Positions 47,311 through 57,270 of a stretch of 64,000 nucleotides of DNA are shown here, piece after piece. The DNA is from Gemmatimonadales bacterium (GTDB taxonomy: Bacteria; Gemmatimonadota; Gemmatimonadetes; Gemmatimonadales; GWC2-71-9). The position numbers were made by a program, and so were the translations under genes. Position 1 is the first letter of the stretch. Every line of letters begins with the position of its first letter. The notes beneath the pieces are model-generated. The model ran no database searches. It worked only from the letters and a program-made list of their open reading frames with translations, and had not been told where the DNA came from. The DNA lies in assembly GCA_041615815.1 (NCBI GenBank), contig JBFJCP010000001.1:96001-160000 (forward strand), given 5' to 3'.

Positions 47311-50280
47311 ATGCTCGAAACACTCCGAACGGCGCTGAAGGGTCGCTACGAAGTCGATCGCGAGCTTGGTCGCGGCGGCATGGCCACGGTCTTTTTGGCC
47401 AAGGACCTGCGGCACGACCGACCGGTGGCCATCAAAGTGCTGCGGAGCGAACTCGCGGCGGCGTTGGGTCCAGAGCGGTTCCAACAAGAAATACGAGTTG
47501 CTGCCGGGTTGTCCCACCCCAATATCCTTGCGCTGTACGACTCGGGGGAGGCCAACGGTCTCCTTTACTACGTGATGCCGTTCGTCGAAGGGGAAAGCCT
47601 CGGCGACCGGTTGGCCCGCGAGACCCAACTGTCGATCGACGAGGCGCTGGCGATCACGCGGCAGGTCGCGCAAGCGCTGCACTACGCGCACGAGCGTGGG
47701 ATCGTTCACCGGGACGTCAAGCCGGACAACATCATGCTGCAGGGCGATCAGGCTCTCGTCGCGGACTTTGGCATTGCCCGAGCCGTCGACTCCCTGTCTC
47801 AGACGCGTCTCACGTCGACCGGCATCGTGATGGGCACGCCCGCGTACATGAGCCCGGAACAAGCAGCCGCGGAGAGCGACCTCGATGCCCGCAGCGACGT
47901 GTACAGTCTGGCCTGTGTGCTGTACGAGATGCTGAGCGGGGAAACACCGTTCCGGGGGACAACCGCACGGGCGATGCTCGCGCGGCATGCAGTGGAGCCG
48001 CCGCCGAGTGTTCGCGTGGTCCGCCCCACAGTCCCGGACGCCGTACAGTTCGCGATCGTCAAAGCGATGGCCAAGCTGCCGGCAGACCGATACGCGACGG
48101 CGTACGAGTTTGCGGAAGCGTTGGCCGGACAGACGGGATCGTATGCCGTCAGCGGTCCCCGCCGTCGCGTCCCGAAGCGTATCGTGGCGAGTGCGGCCGC
48201 GGCGGCGCTGGCCGTCATCGCCATCACCACCGTCTTGATCACGGGTCGCAGCGCCGACGTCCCCCCGTCGGATTCCGACCTGATCGCCGTCATGCCATTC
48301 CAGACAGCGAGCGCGCTCGATCCGTCGCTCGGCGCACTCAGCGAAGGGATGCTCGAGTTGTTCTACACACGACTGGGTGGGGGAGGAGCGCTGCGTGCCG
48401 TTTCTCCCAGCAAAGCGCTCAGCGCGTTCCGTCGAGCCTTGGAGGCAGCGGATGAGGAACCGGAGGAGGCCGGCTTGCGCGCCGCCGCCGAGCTCGGTGC
48501 CGGGCGGCTGCTGACCGGTAACATCTCGAGCATCGGTGGGCGGCTGTTTCTTCGTGCCTCGTTGGTCGCTGTCCCAAGCGGCGAGCACATGATCGACGTG
48601 CAGGCAAACGGTGTCCCTGACAGTCTCCTCGCCCTCGTCGACCAACTTGCTGCGAGACTGCTCGTGCGGAGTGCTGGCGAATCCGATGTTCTGCTCAGTC
48701 AGCTGCTCACGACCGATCTGGGCGCGCTGCAGGATTACCTCGATGGTCAAGCGGCCTATAACCGCGGCGAGTACGTGCGAGCAGTGAGCTCGTATCGCGA
48801 TGCCATGGCCAAGGATTCCACATTCGCGCTGGCGGCGCTCGGCATGGCCGCAGCGGAAGATTTTCTTCCCGTCCTGCAGGCACAGGAAGGGCTGCCGCTC
48901 GCGTGGAGAGCGCGCGAGCGGCTGGGAGCCCGCGACGCCGCCTATCTGACGGCGCTCGCTGGGCCCCGCTACCCGGCGCACTCGTCGTTCGCGGAACAGA
49001 TCACGGCCTGGCAGCAGGCCACCCATCTACTCGCGGACCGGAAAGAACCCTGGTATCAAATGGGCAATCTGCTCCTCGAGTGGGGGGCGGCGGTGGGCCT
49101 GACGGACGCGCAGGAGCGGGCCCAAGAGGCTCTCGAACAGGCGGTGGAGCTCGACTCCGCGTTTACGCCGGCGCTGGGTCATCTGTTGGAGATCGCCGCC
49201 CGCCGCGGCGACACGGCGGCCGTGCGACGCATCGCACCGCGTGTGCTCGCCGGCGGGCACGGGGATCTGGACGACTACTATCGGTGGCGGGTCGCGCTGG
49301 CGCTGGGAGACTCTGCCACCCTCCGTGGCTTGCGCCTTCGGTTCGCCGAACTCGAACCTCGCGCCCTCGATCGCATTCTCGGGGTGGCTCAACTGGATGG
49401 TGTGGGCCTCGAAGATGCGCTGCCGGCGGCCGAGAGTTATCGCGCGCAAAGCCGGCGACCCAATGAAGTCCGCTGGGCTTCTGACAAGCTTCGGTCCTTG
49501 GCCCTGAATCGCGGCAGGCCACGGGAAGCCATGAAGTATGACAGCCTGATCGAGGAGATCCGAGTGCCCGAATGGGACCGCGGCCCGTTCGTCCAAGTGA
49601 TCCACGCCCTGTATTGGGGAGGCGACACCGCGCGGGCGCGGGCGAACGTCGAGCGGCGGGCTCCCATTGCCGACGCGGTTCAGGAACCGCGCGATCCGTT
49701 CGCACGAGAGTACTTCGACATTTGCGCCGTGAACCTCTGGCGCGTGTCACGGGGGGACCTGACCCCGGTCAGGCGGAGCATTCGTCGCTTGGTCGACGCG
49801 ATGACGGTGATGGACACGATGCCGCGGCAGCGCGGAGGACCACGTGGTGACCTCCAGATGGGCCATATCCCGATATGTTCTGCCCTGCTGGATGCCCAAC
49901 TGGCAGCGGCCGAGCGCTCGGATCGCGCGCCTGCAGCGCTCGCCCACCTGGATTCCCTGATGCGCTCCGGGCCCCAGGCCGTGAGTTGGATCACGGTCGC
50001 CGCGCACCTGTCCACCGCCTGGCTGTTCGAAGCACGCGGGGATATCCGGGCCGCACTGGCAGCCGTTCGGCGGCGTTCGTACCAGTTCGATCGGGGGACG
50101 ATCGGCCTCTCGACCTTCCTGCGCGAGGAAGGACGGTTGGCCGCGATGGTCGGCGACACGGCCGCGGCCATCCGCGCGTACGATCACTATCTCAGGTTAC
50201 GGGAGAAGCACGAACCGGCGGTGGCCCACGAGGTCGCGCAGGTGCGACAGGAATTGGCGGGACTGGTCCGCGAGCCCTAG
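47311..50280 (+). CDS. Hanks-type Ser/Thr protein kinase with TM helix and TPR-like C-terminal region
   Basis: LGRGGMATV, VAIK, HRDVKPDN, DFGIA, GTPAYMSPEQ; hydrophobic segment; helical repeats. Confidence 0.93.
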   Translation: MLETLRTALKGRYEVDRELGRGGMATVFLAKDLRHDRPVAIKVLRSELAAALGPERFQQEIRVAAGLSHPNILALYDSGEANGLLYYVMPFVEGESLGDRLARETQLSIDEALAITRQVAQALHYAHERGIVHRDVKPDNIMLQGDQALVADFGIARAVDSLSQTRLTSTGIVMGTPAYMSPEQAAAESDLDARSDVYSLACVLYEMLSGETPFRGTTARAMLARHAVEPPPSVRVVRPTVPDAVQFAIVKAMAKLPADRYATAYEFAEALAGQTGSYAVSGPRRRVPKRIVASAAAAALAVIAITTVLITGRSADVPPSDSDLIAVMPFQTASALDPSLGALSEGMLELFYTRLGGGGALRAVSPSKALSAFRRALEAADEEPEEAGLRAAAELGAGRLLTGNISSIGGRLFLRASLVAVPSGEHMIDVQANGVPDSLLALVDQLAARLLVRSAGESDVLLSQLLTTDLGALQDYLDGQAAYNRGEYVRAVSSYRDAMAKDSTFALAALGMAAAEDFLPVLQAQEGLPLAWRARERLGARDAAYLTALAGPRYPAHSSFAEQITAWQQATHLLADRKEPWYQMGNLLLEWGAAVGLTDAQERAQEALEQAVELDSAFTPALGHLLEIAARRGDTAAVRRIAPRVLAGGHGDLDDYYRWRVALALGDSATLRGLRLRFAELEPRALDRILGVAQLDGVGLEDALPAAESYRAQSRRPNEVRWASDKLRSLALNRGRPREAMKYDSLIEEIRVPEWDRGPFVQVIHALYWGGDTARARANVERRAPIADAVQEPRDPFAREYFDICAVNLWRVSRGDLTPVRRSIRRLVDAMTVMDTMPRQRGGPRGDLQMGHIPICSALLDAQLAAAERSDRAPAALAHLDSLMRSGPQAVSWITVAAHLSTAWLFEARGDIRAALAAVRRRSYQFDRGTIGLSTFLREEGRLAAMVGDTAAAIRAYDHYLRLREKHEPAVAHEVAQVRQELAGLVREP

Positions 50281-50389
50281 ACGCGTGTTGGGGTTTCCAT
50301 CCACGGCCGCGCGCTGGTTCAGCCGCCTCGCCGATGCTCCCAGCACCGAGTGCCAAAGCTCCAGCACGTCATTAGATTCCGCCTCCCGA

Positions 50390-50472
50390 GCCCGAGTGGC
50401 GGAATGGCAGACGCGCCGGACTCAAAATCCGGTGGGGGCAACCCCGTGAGAGTTCGACTCTCTCCTCGGGCA
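50390..50472 (+). tRNA. tRNA-Leu(CAA)
   Basis: Acceptor GCCCGAG/CTCGGGC-A, D-arm TGGCGGAATGGCAGACGC, anticodon arm CCGGA-CTCAAAA-TCCGG, long variable arm, T-arm GAGAG-TTCGACT-CTCTC; CCA not encoded. Confidence 0.97.
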
Positions 50473-50484
50473 TTCACGAAAAGA

Positions 50485-50503
50485 GGGTAGCGCAGCGCTA
50501 CCC
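50485..50503. terminator. palindrome downstream of tRNA
   Basis: GGGTAGCGC-A-GCGCTACCC; no clear U tract on the + strand. Confidence 0.45.
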
Positions 50504-50541
50504 CCGTGAGCCTCAGCTAACGTTACCATCGTCCCTGGCCC

Positions 50542-50916
50542 CTAACCTCCGGACCCTAGCCCCAGCTGCACGGCCTCAGCCGCCTCGTCCAGCAGCCGCT
50601 CCCTCTCCTGGCCCGTGTACGCCTTGAGAATCGTCGTCCCCGGCGCCAATCCCATCAACGCGAGGTTCAGGTACTTCTGGGCTATCAGATGGGCGACCCC
50701 CCGATCCACATGGTATTTCTCCTGGATCCGATCGTCGAGGGTCGTGCCCGTCCACAGCCGAAACTCGTCTGCCACTGGATGGCTCCTGCCGGGGACCACA
50801 TTGTCGGGGACATATGAAGAGAACAGATTTCCCACGTGCGTTCTGTATCGCAGATCACGTCCGCCCTTGCAGTCAGCGCCCCAAGCGCGGCTACGACATA
50901 CCAACATCCCGTCCAC
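50542..50916 (-). pseudogene. possible gene remnant or hypothetical protein
   Basis: 124-aa ORF; C-terminal half protein-like, no RBS, starts right after a terminator hairpin. Confidence 0.35.
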
Positions 50917-50921
50917 ATGAG

Positions 50922-50946
50922 AAAGGCCGCTAACTGAGCGGCCTTT
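50922..50946. terminator. bidirectional intrinsic terminator
   Basis: AAAGGCCGCT-AACTG-AGCGGCCTTT, 30 nt downstream of the minus-strand HTH gene. Confidence 0.7.
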
Positions 50947-50975
50947 ATCTATGTTTTAGAACTACTTAGGCTTTC

Positions 50976-51428
50976 TCAGCTCGCGTGTTCTAGGAGGTCC
51001 AGTTGGCGCATGACGGCGATCTTGATCTCGGGTGCAGCGGCCTGGAGGCCTTTTCGGAGTAGCAGGGCCGTGGTGGCGTCGAACGTGGGTGCCAGGTGCG
51101 CCTGTGCTGCCAGCTTGATCTTCTCTGCCAGTTCGGCGGGGATCTGGACAGAGACCATGCGGCGCTCTGCGGCTGCAGGAACGCTCTTGGGCTTCCAGCT
51201 CGGCAGACCAATCCGCCTCCCGTTTGGCGTGGACAGAAAGGCCAGCTGGGGCCGGTTGTACGTCCCACTCCGGATGTTTTTCTCGATGGTGGAGGCAATG
51301 GACAGCTCCGGATCGGCAGCATTGCTCGCCACCATCCCGCGCTCCAAGGCACGCCGTCCCAGCTCGCGGGCGGAAAGCGGACGCCCTTCCTCCATCAGTA
51401 GTCGATACGCAGCCTCGTGCACCTTCAC
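50976..51428 (-). CDS. HARE-HTH-like winged-helix protein with C-terminal RHH-like segment
   Basis: HEAAYRLLMEEGRPLSARELGRRALERGMV...PELSIASTI; C-terminal VSVQIPAELAEKIKLAA; GTG 51428. Confidence 0.65.
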   Translation of the reverse strand: MKVHEAAYRLLMEEGRPLSARELGRRALERGMVASNAADPELSIASTIEKNIRSGTYNRPQLAFLSTPNGRRIGLPSWKPKSVPAAAERRMVSVQIPAELAEKIKLAAQAHLAPTFDATTALLLRKGLQAAAPEIKIAVMRQLDLLEHAS

Positions 51429-51702
51429 GGTCGTGCCTGCTTTCCGCGGTTTCCTGCAGAAAAGAAAACAAGAAGGACCAGGAAAAGTGCGGATCGCAGC
51501 AGAAAAATCAAGAAAGAAAAGGAAAGACCATCCTGTCTTCGCCTTTTCATCGGGCCGGGGGTGCTGGCGGGTAACGACCGGAGAGAAGACGCTACGAACG
51601 GCGTGGGCGCAACCGGAGCACGCGGTCAGGGAATTGGGTGACATGGGTGGCGTCAGGTGCACCGGGTAGGTGCCGCGGCATGAAGCAGCCACGTGCCACA
51701 GC

Positions 51703-52128
51703 CTAGGGAGGCGGAACCACCACCCAGCTTCCGGGCCGGAATTTGAAGTCGAGGAGGCCCACCGCGAGACCAATACCGGCACCAGCCGCGAGCGAGATCA
51801 CCACATCCTCGGTGCTGGCATCGTCCGAGGCGAGGGCTGCCGTGAGCGTGCCGGCGGCGAGCCCGCCCAGGAGCCATGTTCCCAGCACCCATTGCGGTCG
51901 CCGGCGCTCGAATCGCTCGAGCCGCTCGACCACGCGACGATTGAAGACCTCGACCCCCTGAGGTTCTCCCAGGACGAACTCTTGGTCGTTCGCGGCCAGG
52001 ATCCGGCCGTGGCGCCAGGCGGAATCGGGGGACACGCGGACGCGCACACTGTCTCCCGGCGTCTGGGCCCGCGCGGGGCCCGCTGCCAGGATCGATCCGA
52101 CCAGGGCGAGCGTCAGAATGCGTCTCAT
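51703..52128 (-). CDS. exported/membrane hypothetical protein
   Basis: Signal peptide MRRILTLALV...ARAQ, GDSVRV, Gly-rich hydrophobic C-terminus; GAAGG RBS. Confidence 0.7.
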   Translation of the reverse strand: MRRILTLALVGSILAAGPARAQTPGDSVRVRVSPDSAWRHGRILAANDQEFVLGEPQGVEVFNRRVVERLERFERRRPQWVLGTWLLGGLAAGTLTAALASDDASTEDVVISLAAGAGIGLAVGLLDFKFRPGSWVVVPPP

Positions 52129-52273
52129 GGGCCTTCGGTAACTAACAGCCGGCAGCGCCGAGACTCTTGCAAGCCAGCGTGAGGGAAGCCTCAGGCTCTC
52201 CTTCATGCATGAAACACGAGAGCCCCGGCAGGTGATCCCGCCGGGGCCCGGTGCCCTACGAAAGAAGGAAGAT

Positions 52274-53227
52274 CTAGTTGTTGGGCCAGCTCCCCCAAAT
52301 GCTGCAGTGGCCCGCGTTGTCGGTGCCCAACAGAGCCTGCTGGGGACCGGTGTAGCCGGCATTCATGACGGCGCGAGGTGCGAAGTGGAAGAATCCGTTC
52401 GCGTCCGTGCGGAACAGCTTGCCGAAGTGGGCCTGGCTCAAGCCGTGTCCCGCCTCGTGCAGGGCCACGGTCTCGACGTCGATGTTGCCGTTGATGGCCC
52501 AGGGGAAGCTCGGATCGTAATAGATCTCACGGAACGCGGCGTCCAGCTTCCCGTTGTTGTCGATATCGGTGAAGTTGCCGGCGCCATCGATGAAGCCAAA
52601 GGTGAACGTGGCGCCGATTACGCCGCCACCGAAGTTGATGTCCCGCCAACCGGCATGCATGACGTCGGCGACCACGAATGGGCTACCACCCAGGCCGAAG
52701 ATGAACGCGACGACGCCCAGGTCGAGTCCGAAATCGGGGTTCTGAACGATCGGAAGCGTGGAACAGTCTTGGCCGTGCCAGGTGCCCATGGCACTCTGAA
52801 TCGCTGCCGTCGTTTGAGCGGCCGAGAGCCCGCCAAATGGCGGGACTGCATCAAACGTCTGATCGATGGCATAGGTAATATCATCCATCGGTCCACCCGA
52901 CGGCCCACTCCACCCTCTGCGTCCGTCGAACGGCACGAAGTCGAACGCGAGCTGCTTGTTGCCCCGGTTGTTGAAGAAGATGGTCTGCCCCATCTCCTCC
53001 GACCCCGGTCCGGCCATCCATTCCACCATCTCCAGGCGGTAGTCTGCGCCCTCTTCCGCGAGACCCGCGTTCACGGTGGCCATCATGTCCGAGAATTCGT
53101 TCTCGATTGCCGAGACGGCGAAATTGGGCGGACTGATATCCTCGAGCGAAGTTGGCTCCGAACAGGCTGCTGTGCCCAGCGCGAGCAGGGCGGCGACGGC
53201 GGCGAGGGAACTGCGCCTACGGTCCAT
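52274..53227 (-). CDS. matrixin-like (M10/metzincin) zinc metallopeptidase, lipoprotein
   Basis: HEAGHGLSQAH zinc motif, Met-turn AVM, lipobox TAAC; GGAGG RBS. Confidence 0.85.
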   Translation of the reverse strand: MDRRRSSLAAVAALLALGTAACSEPTSLEDISPPNFAVSAIENEFSDMMATVNAGLAEEGADYRLEMVEWMAGPGSEEMGQTIFFNNRGNKQLAFDFVPFDGRRGWSGPSGGPMDDITYAIDQTFDAVPPFGGLSAAQTTAAIQSAMGTWHGQDCSTLPIVQNPDFGLDLGVVAFIFGLGGSPFVVADVMHAGWRDINFGGGVIGATFTFGFIDGAGNFTDIDNNGKLDAAFREIYYDPSFPWAINGNIDVETVALHEAGHGLSQAHFGKLFRTDANGFFHFAPRAVMNAGYTGPQQALLGTDNAGHCSIWGSWPNN

Positions 53228-53701
53228 TAGACGTGCCTCCAATTGAAATGAAAGAGCAAAGGGCGTGCCCCTCCGCAACGGCAGAAACCCGCGTGCGGGG
53301 ATGCGCCATCCATCACAGTGGCTGTCCGGGACTCGATCACACGATCCCGTCGGTCGGCGAATGAGCGGTAATTGTCGGGAAATCCAGCGTCGCACCTCAA
53401 CTAGGAGGGCGGTGCGGTGCCGGAGCGCTTACAAGCTAGGAAATGGCATCTCGCGGCGCCAGTCTCACTTTGCGATCTTCACGTTTGTACTGCCACCACC
53501 GAGTGTTGCACGGTCGCAACTACTTGCTTGGAAGGGGTCGCAAGTTCATAATCGCGCCGATTGCATATTCCCACCGCGTGGGCGAGCGCGTCGTGGTATC
53601 ACCAAACGGAGTTTCCGTTTGCCCCACCTCGCCACCCCGTGTGTCCACAATTCGGTTGTCAAGCCCGCTGAACGGCGGGTTGTCTCGTCTCTGTCCGGCA
53701 G

Positions 53702-55207
53702 GTGTCTATGACTTGGGCAAGGGTTGGAACGGAGTCGGTGGATCGTGGCAGGCTGGGGTGGAAGATCGCGACGCTGGCGGGCGTCGCGTGGATCGCCACG
53801 GCCTGTGTGGATGGGGCTTTGGCCCCCGATCCGGTGGTCGTCGCGCCGCCGGCATTTTCGGTGCTCGCCGCCGAGGGTGGTCAACTCCGCGATCACCTCG
53901 TGGTGCTGCGACGGGAAGGCGCACCGTCCCGGGGGCTCATTCGGCGGATCGAAGCGATGGGCGGGACGGTGGCACAGCGCCACGACGAGATCGGCGTGCT
54001 CGCCGTGAGCGGTCTCAATGACCTGGATGCGTCCGGCCTCGGTGAGTTCGCGGAGGTGGACGGCGTTGGGCGCGATCTCGATCTCCAATGGATTCCGCCG
54101 CTGGAGGAGCTCCAGCTGGTCCAGATGGATGCGGGGGCGGAGACCGATCAGAGCGACGCGTTCTTCTTCGATGCGTTCCAGTGGAACATGCGTCAGATCC
54201 AGGCCGACGACGCGTGGCTCGTGACCCCGCAGGGAGCGGGGGCGCTCGTGTGCGTCATGGACTCGGGACTCGACCCGAGCCACCAGGACCTGGCCGGCAA
54301 AGTCAACATGGCCGTGAGTAGATCGTTCTTCCCGGGCGAGCCTGATATCCTCGACCGGAACTTCCACGGCACGTTCGTGAGCGGGATCGTGAGCACCAAC
54401 GGCCTCGGTGTCGCCTCCGTCGCTCCGGATGCCGATCTCTGCATGATCAAGATCGCCGGCGCTCAAGGCTCGGCCCCGTTTGCGAGCATCATTAACGGAT
54501 TCATCTGGGCGGGACTGATCGGTGCCGATGCCGTGAACATCAGCTTCGGCCTGCTGATTCCCGTCGAGCTCCTGAAGGACCCCATCGTGGTGGCTATGCA
54601 GCGCGCCGTCAGCTTCGCGCAGAAGAAGGGCGTCCTCGTGGTGGCATCGGCAGGGAACGAAGGCGTGAAAATCGACTTCGGCTCGCCCTACGCGCACATC
54701 CCGTCACAGCTCGGTGGGGTGATTGGCGTCGGGGCCACCGCGCCAGTCAATCAACAGGACTTCGATCGCCTAGCGTCGTACACGAACTACGGCAGGGCGG
54801 GGGCGCAAGTCATGGCTCCCGGCGGCGACTTCGTTCCCGGAAGCGTCATCGCGGACCTCATCATGTCGCTCTGCAGCAGCGTAGCCTTTCCGGCTCCGTT
54901 TCCCAACGGTTGCGGCGGCGGAGCGGTGTACGTGTTCGCCGCGGGAACCAGTTTCGCGGCGCCGCACGTGACGGGGACCTCAGCGGTCGTCGAATCCGCC
55001 GCGAAGTTGGAGCAGGGGAGTTCTTACCTTCGGCAATGCATTTTCCAGGGAGCGGACAAGCTCGACGGCCGCATCCTGAGCCCGGTCTACGGTTACGGCC
55101 GTCTCAACGTGCTCGGATCGGTGGCCCCCGGTCCGTGTGGTGGCGTCGCTCCTCCACCAGACGATGGCGGAGACGAGCAGATCGTCGAGGAAGGAGCTAC
55201 GGACTAG
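53702..55207 (+). CDS. S8 serine peptidase, probable lipoprotein
   Basis: VMDSG, HGTFVSG, SAGN, GTSFAAPHV; lipobox ATAC; start may be ATG 53708. Confidence 0.9.
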   Translation: MSMTWARVGTESVDRGRLGWKIATLAGVAWIATACVDGALAPDPVVVAPPAFSVLAAEGGQLRDHLVVLRREGAPSRGLIRRIEAMGGTVAQRHDEIGVLAVSGLNDLDASGLGEFAEVDGVGRDLDLQWIPPLEELQLVQMDAGAETDQSDAFFFDAFQWNMRQIQADDAWLVTPQGAGALVCVMDSGLDPSHQDLAGKVNMAVSRSFFPGEPDILDRNFHGTFVSGIVSTNGLGVASVAPDADLCMIKIAGAQGSAPFASIINGFIWAGLIGADAVNISFGLLIPVELLKDPIVVAMQRAVSFAQKKGVLVVASAGNEGVKIDFGSPYAHIPSQLGGVIGVGATAPVNQQDFDRLASYTNYGRAGAQVMAPGGDFVPGSVIADLIMSLCSSVAFPAPFPNGCGGGAVYVFAAGTSFAAPHVTGTSAVVESAAKLEQGSSYLRQCIFQGADKLDGRILSPVYGYGRLNVLGSVAPGPCGGVAPPPDDGGDEQIVEEGATD

Positions 55208-55220
55208 ACAGAGCTCACCA

Positions 55221-55251
55221 TCCCCGGGAATGGCCGGTCCATTCCCGGGGA
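55221..55251. terminator. hairpin between convergent genes
   Basis: TCCCCGGGAATGG-CCGGT-CCATTCCCGGGGA 13-bp stem. Confidence 0.6.
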
Positions 55252-55270
55252 GTGGGTGGTCGCGGCGTCA

Positions 55271-55546
55271 TCATTCGCCGTTGCAGCGCACGTTCTGCGG
55301 CGGCTGATTCTGACAGGCGATGCTCTCGTTCATGCCGGCGGCCATCACCGCGCAGGCCGCCCGCTGTGCCGCCGCAATGGCGTCGGCGTCGTTCTCGCCG
55401 GAGCCGGTGCGGCACTGGACCTGCCCACGGAACTCCACGCACAATTCGCATTCGGCCTGGACCACGCGCATGCTCCCGTAGACCAGGTAGCCGAGGAAGA
55501 TTGCGACCACCGCGAGAAACACGGCAATTCGTCCCCAACGCTTCAT
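55271..55546 (-). CDS. small membrane-anchored Cys-rich protein (91 aa)
   Basis: N-terminal TM then six Cys (ECELC, QC, AC, AC, RC). Confidence 0.7.
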   Translation of the reverse strand: MKRWGRIAVFLAVVAIFLGYLVYGSMRVVQAECELCVEFRGQVQCRTGSGENDADAIAAAQRAACAVMAAGMNESIACQNQPPQNVRCNGE

Positions 55547-55660
55547 GACTGAATACCCGAGAATGAGGTCGTACGCTGACGAACCGGAGGATTGTAACCT
55601 GCCGGCGGGCCGGGCGCGACGGGGTGGAACTTCTCGCGGACTCGCGCGCTTGAGACTCAC

Positions 55661-56392
55661 ATGACGATCAGCGACGGGACTCCCAATCTCGGGGTTCGGG
55701 CAATCCTGGTGGCACTGGGTCTCCTGCTCGGCGTGGCTCCCGCGCGCTCGCAGGACGGAGGACGCGTGCTCGAGCTGCTCTCGGTACTCGAGACCAGCGG
55801 ACTCGACTCCTGGACGGTGCAGCGGCTCGCTCGCCGACCCACTCGCTACCGGGTCGTGATCGAAGACGGCCGTCCGGTGGTCGAGGCCACGAGCGTGAAC
55901 GGCAATGCCGGGTTGTGGCGACGGGTAGGGGTACCGGCGGCCGACGCGCGCCAGCTGACGTGGCGTTGGCGGATTGCCGGCAGCATCGATGCGAACCGCC
56001 GAGAACGTGAACGGAGCGGCGACGACTTTGCGGCGCGCGTCTTCGCCATCTTCGACGCTCGTGAAGGACCTTGGTCGGGCCGGGCCCTCTGCTACGTGTG
56101 GAGTGCGCACCTGCCCGTTGATACGCTGTACCGCAGTCCGTATAGCGACGACGTGGCGATGATCGTCGTCGAGCAGGGGAATGCCCGCGCCAATCGTTGG
56201 ATGAGCGTGAGTCGGAATCTCCTGCGAGATTACCGACGCGCCTTCGGGACCGAACCAGACACGCTTGCCGCCGTTGCGCTGATGGTCGACACGGACAACA
56301 CTCGCCTTCGCGCCACGGCATGGTTCGATCGTTTGAGCATCGACCTTGGGGCCACCGGGGAGGGATCGCGCACTCCGTCCCGCAGACGCTAG
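55661..56392 (+). CDS. DUF3047 domain exported protein
   Basis: LTWRWRI, GDDFAARVF, YVWS, SPY, RNLLRDYRRAFG, MVDTDNT. Confidence 0.85.
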   Translation: MTISDGTPNLGVRAILVALGLLLGVAPARSQDGGRVLELLSVLETSGLDSWTVQRLARRPTRYRVVIEDGRPVVEATSVNGNAGLWRRVGVPAADARQLTWRWRIAGSIDANRRERERSGDDFAARVFAIFDAREGPWSGRALCYVWSAHLPVDTLYRSPYSDDVAMIVVEQGNARANRWMSVSRNLLRDYRRAFGTEPDTLAAVALMVDTDNTRLRATAWFDRLSIDLGATGEGSRTPSRRR

Positions 56393-56437
56393 GAAACCGC
56401 CACGGTGTCTCGGCCGTAGGGTGCCGAGGAGGCGCCC

Positions 56438-57070
56438 ATGATTCAGGTCGTCCTGTGGTTGGCGAAATCGACGTTCATCGTGGTCTTGCCGTTCGCCGTG
56501 CTCTTGCGCACGGCCGTGCTCGCGTGGCGAGACGGCGGTTTCGCGGCGTGGGAAGCCGTGCTCGCAGGCGCGGCGCTGACGCTCCTGGTCGTTACCGGCT
56601 ATGCCGTCTGGGCCTCCATCAAGTTTACCGGACGTCTACACCTCCGCCGGATTGCCACGTGGATTGCCATGCCGCTGGTGGTGTTCTACTGTGGGTTCGC
56701 GGCGCTTCACCTTTCGCAGACGAATGCCAAGAGCGACTCGGTGCGCCGCCAGTACCGCAGCCTTCATCCGGTGCTGCGACTCGCGGTGGGCACGCTCGTC
56801 CTTGCGGATCCTGATGCACTGGTGACTGACGTCGGGCGCGTCACGGATGACTACGACCGCTTGGGCCTTCCCCCCCGCCACGATTCGCGACATTTCCTCC
56901 AGGCCGATGGCTACGTGCACGCCGTCGACTTTCGCACCCGTGGCCGCTCGAGACTTCGTAACGGCCTCGTGCGAGGCTATTTCCGCCTGCTCGGTTTCCG
57001 CACGCTGCGTCACGTTGGCACTGCGGACCACCTGCACGTGTCACTCCCCCAGCGTGCGATATCGCACTAG
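56438..57070 (+). CDS. membrane protein with C-terminal peptidase M15/LAS-like zinc motifs
   Basis: Three TM segments; SRH...HAVDF and DHLHVS; GGAGG RBS. Confidence 0.65.
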   Translation: MIQVVLWLAKSTFIVVLPFAVLLRTAVLAWRDGGFAAWEAVLAGAALTLLVVTGYAVWASIKFTGRLHLRRIATWIAMPLVVFYCGFAALHLSQTNAKSDSVRRQYRSLHPVLRLAVGTLVLADPDALVTDVGRVTDDYDRLGLPPRHDSRHFLQADGYVHAVDFRTRGRSRLRNGLVRGYFRLLGFRTLRHVGTADHLHVSLPQRAISH

Positions 57071-57270
57071 CGGCCTCCGCCTGAAGTTTTAAGTTCCAGT
57101 GTTGGCAAACGCCGGCGCCCCGGCCCCCGTACTCGACAAATACGCAGCGCACGCTTATGTGGACGCATACACGAACACGTTCTGGTAGAGTGTCTTCCAC
57201 CTCGTTTCGCCCTAACGACGGTTCGACCGAGCAGAGGTACACCCAGGCAGACTGGGACACCGAATGCTTT

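Noticed and set aside
47311..50280. Ser/Thr kinase as part of the RiPP cluster
   Set aside because: Ordinary membrane signalling kinase architecture with its own upstream promoter-like TATATT; adjacency is probably incidental
50445..50472. attL/attR duplication of the tRNA 3' end
   Set aside because: No second copy noticed downstream within the window by eye
57172..57183. CGAACACGTTCT as LexA box
   Set aside because: GAAC-GTTC spacing is 2 nt rather than 4 and no SOS gene follows
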